A stretch of DNA of 63,763 nucleotides, filler included, from Choristocarpus tenellus KU-1152 (lineage: Eukaryota > Protista > Phaeophyceae): the NCBI GenBank assembly GCA_964200185.2. It is 10 parts of 10 records of this genome, joined end to end, with 100 filler letters (N's around TTAATTAATTAA, not from the genome) between each part and the next. Parts side by side here need not be neighbours in the genome. Positions count along the whole stretch, not along the records: positions 8,721 to 14,876 come from CAXNAD020008807.1; positions 14,977 to 20,047 come from CAXNAD020011977.1; positions 20,148 to 34,631 come from CAXNAD020001175.1; 7 more parts are not named here. One strand, written 5' to 3'. Every line of letters starts with the position of its first letter. The first letter of the stretch is position 1. Under the pieces are notes generated by a model. It ran no database searches. It was not told where the DNA came from and was given only the letters and a program-made list of their open reading frames with translations. The position numbers were made by a program, and so were the translations under genes. Positions 14,114-26,800 of this stretch are shown here, one piece after another.

Positions 14114-16544
14114 CTGACAAGGGACTAATATGTGTATAGTTCGAAGGGTTTCAACACCAACATGCGGTGCACAGTACCAAATGCAAAGAAAATTCTTAGG
14201 GCTCACAATTTTGTGCCGACCGGATGGATGATGGGGGGGATCGGGATCGGCAGAATGGAAGATGACACTACAAGGTATACCCTTGAGCAGTATATATTCG
14301 ATACTTCATTTACTGATATCAGTATATAATATCTTTCAAAATAGTCTTTTACCGTTCTGCCGACACTGTCATTTTTTTTTTTCTTGGGACATTTTTTTTG
14401 GGACGTGTATCCGAGGTAGTAACAACAATTTTGCGGGATTATTTTTATTCCGTCGATAAAAAAAAATGTTCCTTCTTGAATAAAAGCAAAAAAAAAATAT
14501 CATTTTCTTCATCCCACACCATACATACGAAATGCACTATCAATAGCACATATTGCTACTCATCAGACACCCATCTCGCCTCTTCCTTCTCTTCAAAACG
14601 TACTGAACGAGACAAAAAAACATATCTCTATGAAAAACAAATTGGTGCCGAAGGGGTTTGAACTCGGAAAACGTCTCCAGGTATTGTCAACAAAAAAAAC
14701 TCCATCATGAATGTTCTACACAACAGGAAACATAATATCTTCGCGCGATTAAGCGTCCAGAGGTGTCAATGCACCCTCGTCCGCTAGAAAACTCCATCAA
14801 AACAGTCCCCTCTACCAAACACAAAGATATCCAGCAACCACCAGGAGCACCACTCTGGGTCAAAGTATCTGAGGGGNNNNNNNNNNNNNNNNNNNNNNNN
14901 NNNNNNNNNNNNNNNNNNNNTTAATTAATTAANNNNNNNNNNNNNNNNNNNNNNNNNNNNNNNNNNNNNNNNNNNNTGGTTTGCTTAGGATACAAATGCA
15001 TTTTTTACCACAAAAGAGTAGAGTACCTACATATGATAAGACAGTTATGTGTTTCAAAACATGACAAGAGATAACATGGAAACGTATCCTTCTTGAATGC
15101 AACATAATTTGTCTTCTTGTTACAACATGTGCCGCTTGTTCTTATCCTCACAGAGTGTGACTTGTAGGAACTCAAAATGTCAGAGCCTCTAGTCTTTCTC
15201 AGATTGCAGCATCTGTTTATCACCATAAACTCCTTGCAGTACGCAATATAATACCTACTGCAACATTAGATATTGAACTACTCTACACCCTATTGGCTTC
15301 ATGGAACACATAGACGGCCCCATTGGTGCAAATTCTGGCCTTTAAAATCATGTCCCCTACCCTCTCATATTTGGAGTGACTCAAGACACAAAACGTACTC
15401 TGTAGAAGAAGGGAACAAGAGAATCAAAGGAAAAACGATGACCAGATAAATATATTGCCTGTATTGAGTTGCACTTACAACACCCAATGATCATACTGCA
15501 GGCGTACCTTACCATGTTCTCCCAGCAGCAGGATTCCTCTATACTTACTTACTGCCCTAGGGTAATTATTATGGTCACATTACGAAACAAGTTTAAGAAG
15601 CAACTCCATGACAGTTTGAGCGGACTTGATTGGTAATACCAAAACGTACAAATAAAATATGCAGACCAATATATGGGTGGGAAAATCATGAAGATTATGC
15701 GGGTATCTGCTGCATAGCCATAACATGATCACTCTAACACCTCAGCTAACAAAGTCATTATATATCCAGTATCACCTCCAAATCCAGCACTATTGTTGGT
15801 GAACAGAAAGCTGCCGTTCATGATCAAGACCTGACTTTCTGCGTATATTGCACCTGAGGAGGAACAGATAAGCACAATGAGTTGAGACCTGGAAGGCCAA
15901 AGAAATGATCACTGAGTATTCTACCCGTGGCACATCACTACTATTGCAAGCATCAAAAGTGAGAGTTAATATGGCAACCATTGTTTACCACTATCAACTG
16001 ATCAAAAGTACTGTCACAAACAGCCTCTATCTTCTGGGAAGAAAGAGTTTGTTAAGTCAAGATCACGTGTACTACAGTGTTCCTCATCTTGAGTCGAGAA
16101 TCTTACAGCACGAAAACATCTTGACCCCAAATCTTAGACTGCAGAGTGGACTTGGGGAGGGAAAGGAGAGGGGGGTCGGGTAGGTGGATCCTGAGGTGCC
16201 TTTCATATCTGTTTGGTGAAAAAATATCTCAAGAGCATCAAGATTAAATTTGGACATATTCCCATCTCCCCCTCCTGAATCACCAAAACCCTCAAAATTA
16301 GGTGTTGAGGAAGAGGCCACTTAGACTACAATACATTTTTCAAGTACCAGTTATCTGCCCATTCCAATTTCCATTAACAAACTCGAAAACCTGCTGCTGG
16401 TACAATTACAAGGTATGAATGTACAAAGGGGTCATGCTGCTATTGTGCAAAAACACTACATGACCCCAAAGCAAAGTGAATTATGCTCATGAACCTAAGT
16501 ATTTTAGACAGCATGCTTCTGTTATACCCGGGCGAGTATCAAAA

Positions 16545-17780
16545 CTAGATACAGTTCAATTGATTCCACACCATCCAACCCTTGTTCGTTGGTTTCACAA
16601 TCAAAAGGTATTGATTATCCTGCAACCCTCCCTTGATTGACCTATAGCAAAGAGGTAGATCCAGAGACAGTTGTATCTTCGGCAGCTGTAAACCTAAGGC
16701 AGGACATGTTGTAAAGCTAGCATGTTGTATCATTCCTTGGTCCTCTTGACTTCCTTTTGAGGATCTCTTGCAGCTCAACTCCAAAATAAATTCCCTCAAC
16801 TTGTCAGGGAATATACTGCATGAAATAAATACCATCCAGGTGAAAATATGTGGCTAATCCAAACTCACGCCATACAACCTTCTTGCTCCATTGTGTATTG
16901 TGTGAACGTCATCTCTTTTGCACTTACAAAGGCGTATCCATGTGAGCATGATGGGATGTGAAATGATGACAGGCTATGGTGGTTATCGAATAGCTAGCTG
17001 TTGTTAGACATTTTGAAATGTAAGCCAAAGTATCTTAGAGGGTAGAGCCGTGTCCATTTGGGGGCCAAACTCCAATGTTGCGATTTGGATGTAATTTTGG
17101 CTATCGTGTTGGTTAGGAAGTGTCAATATCCTTGTTCCGGACACACCTTTTCATAACTTATACATTCTACCTACTGCTAATTATTTTGAAGTCGGAAAAT
17201 GTCATAAAACCTCCAAGGGAATCCAAGCCCTAAATGGACAAAGAGGGCAAAACTCATACCCTCTAAGATACTTTCACTCAGTGTTGCAGTGTGTTCCTTG
17301 TTAATTGGTATTGGCAAGACATCAAGTATGCCCCCTTAAATGTGCACCTTAACAAGGTGTGTACAGCTGAGCTAGTCAATAGAAAGTAGTATCGCTTATT
17401 AAACTAATCATCAAAAGATCGCAAGTCCAAAAGAAAATCATGGAAGCAACTGTGAAAACATCGTCACTGCCATTGACAGGTTGATGCAGTGCAAAATTTG
17501 CAAACTTGAGATAAAGTTGTCACTTTTTCTGTCAAATGGCGGTAAAAAATACCTTGGTCGAGGTCATGATTGCGATATCCCAAAACAAAAGACCGTACGG
17601 AATTCTGAGATCTCACCTCCAGCCCCAGTGGCAACATTGTTGTTAAATTCTGCATCGCCTTCAATGTACACAGTAGATTCGTTTCTGCTATCTGGAGATG
17701 AAATCCAGAGGGCACCTGCAAGACACAAAATAGTACATGTACCATAGAAGTTGAAAATGTCAACTGAAATGTTGCAATAT
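16545..17780 (-). mobile_element. Highly decayed Ty1/copia reverse transcriptase relic
   Basis: QVPSGF...LLCTLK...LGYRNHDLDQGIFYR resembles the copia RT PeGF..ckL...lGf...DpClf stretch, and YRSIKGGLQ..YL resembles YRSivGgLqYL. Many stops; interrupted by a MITE. Confidence 0.45.
17022..17279 (+). mobile_element. MITE family A (~260 bp)
   Basis: TIR (G)AGCCAAAGTATCTTAGAGGGTA ... TACCCTCTAAGATACTTTCACTC. Interior aligns by eye with the other A copies. Confidence 0.9.
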
Positions 17781-19993
17781 ACTTCTGTGTGCTGAGAGAG
17801 GTCTATGTATGGGGCTTGTAACCTTGAGAATAAGGCTATGCTGCTAAATCTGTGGTGTGCATCCTTGGCTTACCTGTTTGCTAAACTTGTATGTTGAGCA
17901 CAGAATCAGCCAATCCCTCCTCTACTTAAAAGTCCATGTAAATAGAGAAACTAAACAACTCTGGAATAGGGCATAGGAATTCCCGACAAGAGAAGGCAAT
18001 AGAGCACAGAGGTTTTCTATCTGACAAAAAACAAAACTTATTGCAGAGGAAGTCTTGCTCTCTCTGCACTTATCTTCTTCAAAGACTTAGGAGAGTGCAC
18101 ATCTTAGAAGCTACTCCAAATTATGAGACACTCCACGTGGTTCTATCCTCAAGCAACACACAAAACTAAAGGGTTTGCGTTTTCAAAGGTGACAAGAGAG
18201 TGTATAGATGCCAGAACAAGGCATATCAGATGGTTGTTTGACTGGATACTAGCAGGGGCCAGAATCTACAAGATCCAATGGTCACTGTGATGGGAATATT
18301 TGTTTTGAACATACTTTGAATTGATACAGATACAAACAGATTTATCTGGCTATACTTTTGAAGGCACCACAAAATATTGAGCAAAAAATAAATAAAGTTC
18401 ATACCATCCCACATGCAGGTCCCAAAAGTAAATAATGAGCAGTGTATGGTACGGAATTAACTCAGGCAACAAAGGGCTGAACATCCAGGCAAATGGTATA
18501 CTTCTCTTCAGTCCAACCTTATCAGGCTCAGTGAAAGCAGGCAAGGTCTATGCTTCTTTCTTACTGGAGGTAACATCACTCAGAATCAGAACACCCCGCA
18601 GCAGTTGCAGCAAACGCTAATATCGCATCACATAAATGATGGTTCGAAGAAACTACTTGTCATTCTTTAACCCACTGATTCGTGTCACCATCCCCCTGAA
18701 TGGTAACTGCAGAAGGCAATACTGTTGGCAATGCAGACACTGAGACCTTCATGCAAGGTCACATCATGTACAAACACCATAGACCTAATCTGCAGTCTCA
18801 CAAGATACTGCACCTGCTACTCAATAGAACTTCAGAGTTAAGTACATTTACTGCGGACAAGTGACACCATCCCATGCTTGGAAAGGATCACCATGAAAAG
18901 GTGTATCCATTTACCACACTGTGTAAACCATAAAAATATTGCACAATTTTGTAACGACCAAGAATGACTTCCACAACTAGTGAAATCCATTGTAGCCACA
19001 ATTCTTGGAATATCGTATCTTGAGACCCTCTTTCTCATATCATAAGTTCAAGAAAACCTGAAATGTTAATTCTGCGCGCAGACCGATTTTGTATGTCTCT
19101 CAAAGCTCAAGTCTTGGGCCATCGACGATTATGAGGGTTATGGTCCTTGCACTGAAACGGTTTGTTATGTTTCTGATAGGTTCGTCCCCTAGACCAGCCT
19201 GATGGTATCCTGGGTCAACACAAGTTGAACAGACTTGTCTGGCTGGTATAACCGATTTCGGCATTGTGTGTCTGGGTCATGGAAACTATTGAAATGAATA
19301 TACTTGAGTAGTCTTCCCTACTATTCACAGACAAGCTTGATCTTCTCAAACTCACGGTCAGAGGTAGTATGGCAGATAATGCGATGAGTAGAAGAAATAT
19401 GACAGAAAATAGAAGAGATGCAAAAAGCAAACGGGGGAACTCAGACTTCAGGGGGCACCTAAAAGTTCGAGGACACCAGGACAACACCAAATTCCAATTC
19501 CCAAAAAGAATGGACAACAGGACTGAAGTCCATCCAATGGGACCTTCATTCACTGGAATGCAAGTCAGGCGCACAAAACAAGAGAGGAACATAATATAAA
19601 AATGTAATAAAAGTAGTTAACAGGGACATTCCGATATTCAAGTACAAGCCAGCATTTCAAAAAGGGTGTAACCGTAGCAATTTCATGTAATTGCCAATCA
19701 TAGATAAATCTCTGACTTTTATCACCACGCATATATTGTACCATTCTTCTGAGTTGCAACAATAAAATATTTATCAGATACAACAATCAAAGGCACAAAA
19801 ACAAAAAGGAAATGTAATGAGAAGAAGAAAGTCATATACAGGCAAATCCCTACACTACAGCACACACCAGCAATGCTACTAAGGAGGTGTGGTCATGGCA
19901 AGTTTTGTGCAAAGCCAGAAAGTAATCAAGTTGATAACTTCCACCACCACACATGTGTCCTACTCGCATAAATTCTTCTGTAGCTGGCAGCCA

Positions 19994-20047
19994 GACTCAA
20001 AGTGGGGGGGGGTGGCGGCTGTTCATTTGGGGTCAATTTTTTCATCT
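19994..20047 (+). mobile_element. MITE family B, left arm (truncated at contig end)
   Basis: GACTCAAAGT-G-run-TGGCGGCTGTTCATTTGGGGTCAATTTTTTCAT. Other partial B ends lie at 14857-14876, 20148-20168, 34611-34631, about 34956-34997 and about 49224-49253. Confidence 0.75.
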
Positions 20048-20551
20048 NNNNNNNNNNNNNNNNNNNNNNNNNNNNNNNNNNNNNNNNNNNNTTAATTAAT
20101 TAANNNNNNNNNNNNNNNNNNNNNNNNNNNNNNNNNNNNNNNNNNNNCCCCTCCCAGATACTTTGACCCTGCCCTCTGTGGAAAAGTTGTTTTCCTATGC
20201 TTTGTGGTGCTTCTATGTCTTCTGTGGCAGAAGTAGTAGCAAAAAACACCTTTCAAAATAAAAACAAATTCAACACCACAAAGATTAAAATCAAAGCGCC
20301 CAAGATTTCGTCGCTGACTTTCACAATGATAATTCGCAAAACACTGAAATTAATTAGGCACCTTCTCATTTGTTGTACTTCATTTACTCTGGTCTTTTTG
20401 TTGAGGATCTTGTTACAGCAGGTGTGCCCTTTTCAATTTTCGAACTCTGGGTTCACGATGAAACACACTTTGCGGGATAGGTGTGACGATCTACCCTTCA
20501 ACCCTAACCCTCTCCTGTGTTGCACGAAATCCCTCTCTGTGAGATGAACAA

Positions 20552-20727
20552 GGCCCAAAGTATCTGGGGAGGGGTGGTGGCTGTCCATCTGGGGTCAATT
20601 TTTTCATGTCACGATTCCTTGGGTGATTTGGTTGCGTACGTTGGATGGATAATGTATATAATTTTTTTCTGATTTTGGTCCAAATGGACACTATGGTGTA
20701 GCCCCCCCCCCCCAGATACTTTGGGTC
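20552..20727 (+). mobile_element. MITE family B (~176 bp)
   Basis: TIR GGCCCAAAGTATCTGGGG ... CCCCAGATACTTTGGGTC, with subterminal GTCCAT(C/T)TGG at both ends. Confidence 0.9.
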
Positions 20728-21109
20728 GCAAATGTCAAAACCAGTTGTCAATCCATACGGGGGTATGCATAGGCTTGGTACTTGTGGTTTCAAGCACATG
20801 TATGTGCAGAGTTTATCTAGTTGGTTTAGTGGCAGAATACTGCAATCTTCTACTCTTTACTACTGTAATGAACAAAACCATGCTAAGCTGCCATTGCCCC
20901 AACCCTTGTCATGATACCATAGAAGGCATGCATTGCATCTCCTACTTACCGTTTTGGACTTTGATCTATGCACGCAACCTGAACCATTGATGTACAGGGT
21001 CCTGCATTTCAGCTCTTCATTGTGGATGTTTCTATTCAGCACAAGAGCGCTCTCTTCCTAACACACTTGTGCTTCCCTTCCCTACTTTTTTTTGTCATTT
21101 GGAGACCAG

Positions 21110-21236
21110 ATAGACCCGAAGTTTTCCTTATTTGTAAACCTGGAAGAGCTAGAAATAGGCCAAAATGCTCTCAATCGGCTGCAGAATCTACCTCCCGGAT
21201 TGCGCCTGCTATCTGCAGGTGCCAACCTCCTCTCAG
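21110..21236 (+). CDS. Isolated leucine-rich-repeat exon (LRRC43-like)
   Basis: CAG|...|GTGAAT borders. IDPKFSLFVNLEELEIGQNALNRLQNLPPGLRLLSAGANLLS contains two LxxLxLxxNxL repeats. Confidence 0.65.
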
Positions 21237-21367
21237 GTGAATGGCTATGCTTGTCAAGCAACGATGATGCATCTCTATCATTCTCTCCTGCCACCTTCCA
21301 ATTTTTCCCCAAAGGTTTGTTTCCCAACTATTTCGAACTGTCAAGAGTGACTGTTGGTAGTGTGTTT

Positions 21368-21439
21368 GGCTCAAAGTATCTGGGGGGAGGGGTGGTGGCT
21401 GTCCATTTGGGGTCCATTTTTCCATGTTGCGATTTTTTT
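21368..21439 (+). mobile_element. MITE family B left arm abutting an A copy
   Basis: GGCTCAAAGTATCTGGGGGAGGGGTGGTGGCTGTCCATTTGGGG... runs directly into the A element at 21440. Confidence 0.85.
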
Positions 21440-21699
21440 GAGCCAAAGTATCTTAGAGGGTAGCGCCGCGTCCATTTGGGGGCCAAAATCCAATGTTGCG
21501 ATTTTGTTGTAATTTTGGCTATCGTGTCTGTCAAGAAGTGTCGATATCCTTGTTCCAGGCACACCTTTTCATAACGCACACATTTTACCTACTCCGACAC
21601 ATTTTGGAGTTGGAAAATGTCATTAAAAAAACTCATGGAAAGCCAAGCCCTAAATGGACAAACAGGGCAAAACTCGTACCCTCTAAGATACTTTCACTC
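21440..21699 (+). mobile_element. MITE family A
   Basis: GAGCCAAAGTATCTTAGAGGGTA ... TACCCTCTAAGATACTTTCACTC. Confidence 0.92.
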
Positions 21700-22099
21700 G
21701 GTAGTTCCTTGTAGGAGATCAACCTCCTCCCAAATCCCTCATATAAAGATGCCTTGTCTCATCCCTTGTACTATGATAGTTCATTCAGCTTCTATAGTCC
21801 AAACCGTGATGACCTCTTGCTTATCAGACCTCCGAGCAAGTGGTGCTCCGTTGAAGAGCACTTGGCAACCCATGATGCACCATCTCTTGGTTCAGGGTTA
21901 TTCACCCCAATCTACGTCACGTTATACCCTACGAGTCCACCCCTGACCACACTCCCGACAGTTGGGTAGTGTATCCCCACATTCATTCCTGGAATGTATC
22001 ACAGTGCATGTTGCAGCCCCTTCCAGTGTCTGCTGCAGGGTGGTGGTGTATGGTGCCCAAGCTCTCTCACACTGTGGCGAAACACATTTGAGTTATTCC

Positions 22100-23400
22100 T
22101 GCAAAAAGTTCACCAATATGGTGCGGCAGGGTTGACAGTACTAGACTATTTTTTTTCTTCATCAGCCCACCGTGGAGTCAAATCCATCCCAGGGATTTAA
22201 TAGTTATGCTGCCGTCCAAACCTCCATTGATTCCATCCCCTTGGCCACGATGCTCCCAGTTTAGAGGCGTTGGTGCAGTGAAATCCCAGGCTTGTCCCTC
22301 TCAATCGCCACCCTAACTACCTTGTCCAGGGTTCCAAGCTTTCTCCTCTCATCTTTCTATAGGACGAGTTTCCTCGTCCAATCAACTTCTTTGTCAAATT
22401 TCCTGGTCAAAATGATGTCATCAACGCAGTGGAAGAGGACTGTTAGTGGACCATCCCCGCCCCTCTTCAGGTTAAGGAGGTTGCTGAAGTCTTTTACGCT
22501 CCACCCTCATTGTGCCATTCCATCACCGACTGCTTGAGGTCATAGATAGTCTTTGTGGCTTTTGACTATAGAGCCACCAGGGAGTTTGAGCCAAACATCT
22601 TCAGGAAGAGAAGCGTTGAGGTGGGCTTGGACAAAGTCCTAGGAGTGGAATGGCCCAGCCTTGATCAGCTGCTAATGCATGGACAGTGCAAATCACATCG
22701 AACCCAATTCTATATATGTGTTGAAGGAGTCCACCCACTCTACTTGAGGGAATCCCTGGGACACGAGTATTGTTTTGAAGCGCTTGAGAGAGTCCTTGCT
22801 GCCACCCATTTGGTCTCGAACAAAAAGTTGTGTTCGCTGGTTTCATTCCTTTGTGGTAGTCCCTCTACGTCACTGAACGTCCCCTATTACCATTGACCCA
22901 CCATTGCGATGTCTATGACCCCCTTCCATCTCTCTACGGTCCGGTCCAGTCAGAGTTTTGTGCCATTGCCATGGACTCATGATGGTCCACTGAGATGTTG
23001 CCAGCCATACTCATTACATAATAGGCAACATCAGTGCCTACTTTCACTAGAATAGCTACAGCGCCATCCAGTCCTTCCTCATCCCTTGAGTTGTATTGCA
23101 GACCAATGTTGCTGATGACTATTAGAATCTTGAGTGAAATTTGTGGGTTTGCATGCCTATTTTGCCCTCAGCATCAAATCAGCATCACGAATCAGATCCA
23201 GTATCAGAGCATACATTCAACTCCTCGTCAGTGTCCTTGCCCTTGATAGTATAGTCCTGGTCATCAGTGAGCAAGATGGTGCCTTGTTTCCCCGCAAAGT
23301 ACATGGTCTGTGCGTCTGGTTCAACCATGACTTCTCTCCAGAAGTAACCAGCTCGGCCTCTTAAGGAAGCCAAACACACCACCCCAGGCTCATAACTTGT
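22100..23400 (-). mobile_element. Decayed, internally deleted Ty1/copia retrotransposon (integrase remnant and RT)
   Basis: Minus-strand translation gives KRFKTILVSQGFPQVEWVDSFNTY, DFVQAHLNASLPEDVWLKLPGG and HCVDDIIL (YVDD box), with stops and frameshifts. A PBS-like AGTTATGAGCC at about 23387-23397 follows a ...AACA end. Confidence 0.75.
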
Positions 23401-23870
23401 TCAGATTTACTCTGTAGACTGTTTTTTGGGATAGTGTGAAGACTCCACGTGGATAGGAACCAGGAGAAGGAAGGAGATAAGTGTTATTAAAAAGGGAGAG
23501 TATGACCTTCTAGATAAAGCCTCACCATATTTCTTTGGTATCATTTATCTACGAAATGATAACTTCATCAGCATCACATTCAATAGAACACGAATTTGTT
23601 ACCACATACTCCGGAGTATTTGCTACCCGTACCATTATGTGGATCATACAGGAGACATACTGCCATGACAATTACTGTAGGAAAGTGTAACTAAAATACC
23701 AGTCAATCGTCGATCAACTGTACAGACGTCCTGTTCGCTACCACCCACTTATCTGCTGACTGAAATTCTAATCGTCCGTCCCTAACAACCCATACTTTTA
23801 TCCAATTGCATGTTTATGTGCTGACTGTTGCACGTTGCTGTACTGGTTATGCATGTTGCTTTCTATGCAG

Positions 23871-26800
23871 GTGTGGCTAGTGTGGGGAGTCCAGAGCCGG
23901 GAAAAGCTCTATTTCCAAGACGCTTGGATGCCGCATGTTAAGAGTGGGCTTGTGACACTGAAGGTAGCCTTCTCCAGAGAGGACGTCGACTTGGTTGTGG
24001 ACAAAGGTGCTGGGTCTAGGACGAAGGAGAAGATCCTGGAAGGAACAGTGGGGGAATGTGCTCGGGAGGAGGGCTGTGGGACTGGGGAGCAGAAAATACG
24101 GTTCGTGACTGGGAAACGCAAACGCATCAACAACCTATTTGACTGCAGCACCAAGGAAGGCAAGGAGAACCTTCGTGGACTGTGGAATTTGCTCGATATA
24201 GGGGGGCACATGTGAGTCACATGACAGAATGAGCAAGTAGTCAGAGGGCTCTGCGGTTACTTGAATGATGTTTTTGTTTTTCTCCTTCGTTCTTCTATGT
24301 TTATAGTCAATATTAAGTGGTATTATTCTTTGTTTATAGTCATGGTTTGTAAATTTTAATATTGTGTTAAAAGATACGCTTGGTTCCTGGTAAACGTATC
24401 TTCAGGGTCAGTCATACTCTTAGTCATCTTAATATAAGTTTTCCACAGGTGTGTTGATCGAACTTCTAGTGGCTAGATATGACAAATAGAAATCAAATGT
24501 GTACCAAAGCTCAAGAGAGTACATCACTGCCAAGCTACAATATGGGACTATTCTGCTGTGATTCCACATTGTCCTACAAGTGATGCAATGTCTAGTACAC
24601 GACAGCCTTCTCAACTCCCCACATTGTTAAATCAACAGAAGAGCTAGCACTTATTTTCTCTGATAGATACATGACGGCTCTGTTTACTTAGATTTAGGAT
24701 TTCCAGGTATTCTTTTTTGTTAGTGCATATTACCTCATCCTTGCATCAGAGATGCAAATAACCGGGATATTTTACCTTAACAAAGCCTTCACTCCGAGAG
24801 TTAAGAATCCCCCACACCCTATGTGCACCTCTCCATTGGGTTGCTCGTATTTAGAAAAATAAGGACACACATAGCTTGGAAAGCAGGAAATGCTTTCATT
24901 TGCCTATATTCGTGGCCAACCATAACCTTTTTTTGCTAGAGCTCCAACTCATGTGCCCTAATTAACCTCCCTTTGCATGGTAGGTATGTTTGTGGTGTGC
25001 CAATCTTGGCTGAAGTCACTCGCAAGATCACCAGCGAGGCATACCAGCTGTGTGCCCAACCACTATACAATATCAGTTGGTATTTCCTCCAGCAGAACCT
25101 TAGGAAACTTGGGGATCGTTATGCTGCCAGGCTCATTGCCCAGGATCGCCTGTGCATCGATCTATTCAACTCGGGCAATCCACCTATGACAGACTTGGAA
25201 TACGATTGGTCTGAGGTATTATCATCAGAACTTCTATGTATATCGACATAGGGCATGTTGAGCGTTGAGCTAGCCCTGAATATCCGTATACCAGATGTAC
25301 ATAGTAGGAAATAATGATTTGTTCTTTTCTTTGACAGTACTAGTGTCCTAGAGTATGCTATTTTCATCATGCCTATTGCGATCTTGGATAGTTTCTTCAT
25401 GCTAGTTTATCTCTCACCATCCGATCCCCCATCCGTACTCCCCGAGTCTGCAAATTACTTGGTAGTATGTGGGACTTAAATGAAATGAGTCTTCCCTCTA
25501 ATGTCATCAAAGTCCGATTTGTTCTGCCTCAAGTTGAGTGCAGCAAAGATCCACAATATATATTTTTGTTGTTGGCATGTAGTCTTAACAAATACCTTCT
25601 ACACAACTCTACTTTTTATGACATCTTAGAAAAGGTGTGCAAGCCAGCCAGATCAGGTGATTGAGGTCAACGGTTGACCACCTACCTTAGGTGTCCAAAG
25701 GAACAATGTTGACACATGGCAAAGAGTATTAAGGCCACAAATACTTCTCCTCATATTAATGTTCTCTTTGACACCTCAGCTCTATCTTCTACAGATTGCC
25801 CCTCATCACACGGCTGAGTCCTGCTGGATAGTTTTCAGAGGTGGCGTGTACGACATCACCGAGTATCTGACTGTGCATCCAGGCGGATACAAACTGCTTC
25901 TAGACAAGGGGGGGCGTGATGCCTCATTTGCATTTGAGCAAGCCCACGGCAGGGGGAATTTCCGCGTGGCAAGCCTCCTTGGTGGCTTCTACATCGGTAA
26001 GTATGCAGTAAGAGTGTATTATTGTCTTGAGGGGTATGTGGTCTTGCACCTGGAGGTCAACACCCTTGATTATTACACCTCAACCTTGAACCACATGAAA
26101 GAGGAAGCACAATTCAAAGTGGTTGGTAGTGGACCTAGAATGGAGACCCTAATGATACTCTCGTGACAACAAAACATGTTTCATCCAGATCACTGGAGTT
26201 GTTGGGGGGGGGTATTATTTTACAAACGAATAATATTGGTAGTACTACCACAGCACTATAGCAGAGTATGGCAGTCTGAATTCCTTTTGAACATTGAGTG
26301 AAAGTATCTTAGAGGGTACGAGTTTTGCCCTGTTTGTCCATTTGGGGCTTGGCATCCCATGGGGTTCTTAATGACATTTTTCTACTCCAAAGTGTTTCGG
26401 AGTAGGTAAAATATATACGTTATGAGAAGGTGTGTCCGGAACAAGGATATTGACACTTCCTATCAAATAAGATAGACAAAATTACATCAAATCACAACAT
26501 TGGATTTTGGTCCCCAAATGGACGCGGCCCTACCCTCTAAGATACTTTGGCTCCATTATCCAATAACCCTCTTGCGTGATGTGGAGCCTCGGTTCACACA
26601 GAACAGAAAATCGAAGTGTTTCGAGTGGTCTGTGTTTTGATAATTTGTACATAAATGTTTCAGACACACTACAGTAGTCACTAAATTATTTAGTGACGTT
26701 CTGTAACACTTCTGGGTGGACTATATTGGTCTCATATAGTTTAGGTGCACTCAGAGTCCGTGAGGACTTGGGTTGGCCCATCCTTTTCAGCCTGCCAGAG

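Noticed and set aside
19994-20168. A single MITE B spanning the gap, implying true adjacency of the two contigs
   Set aside because: Both pieces resemble ends of a high-copy family and the right piece looks like an inverted left arm; this is no evidence of continuity.
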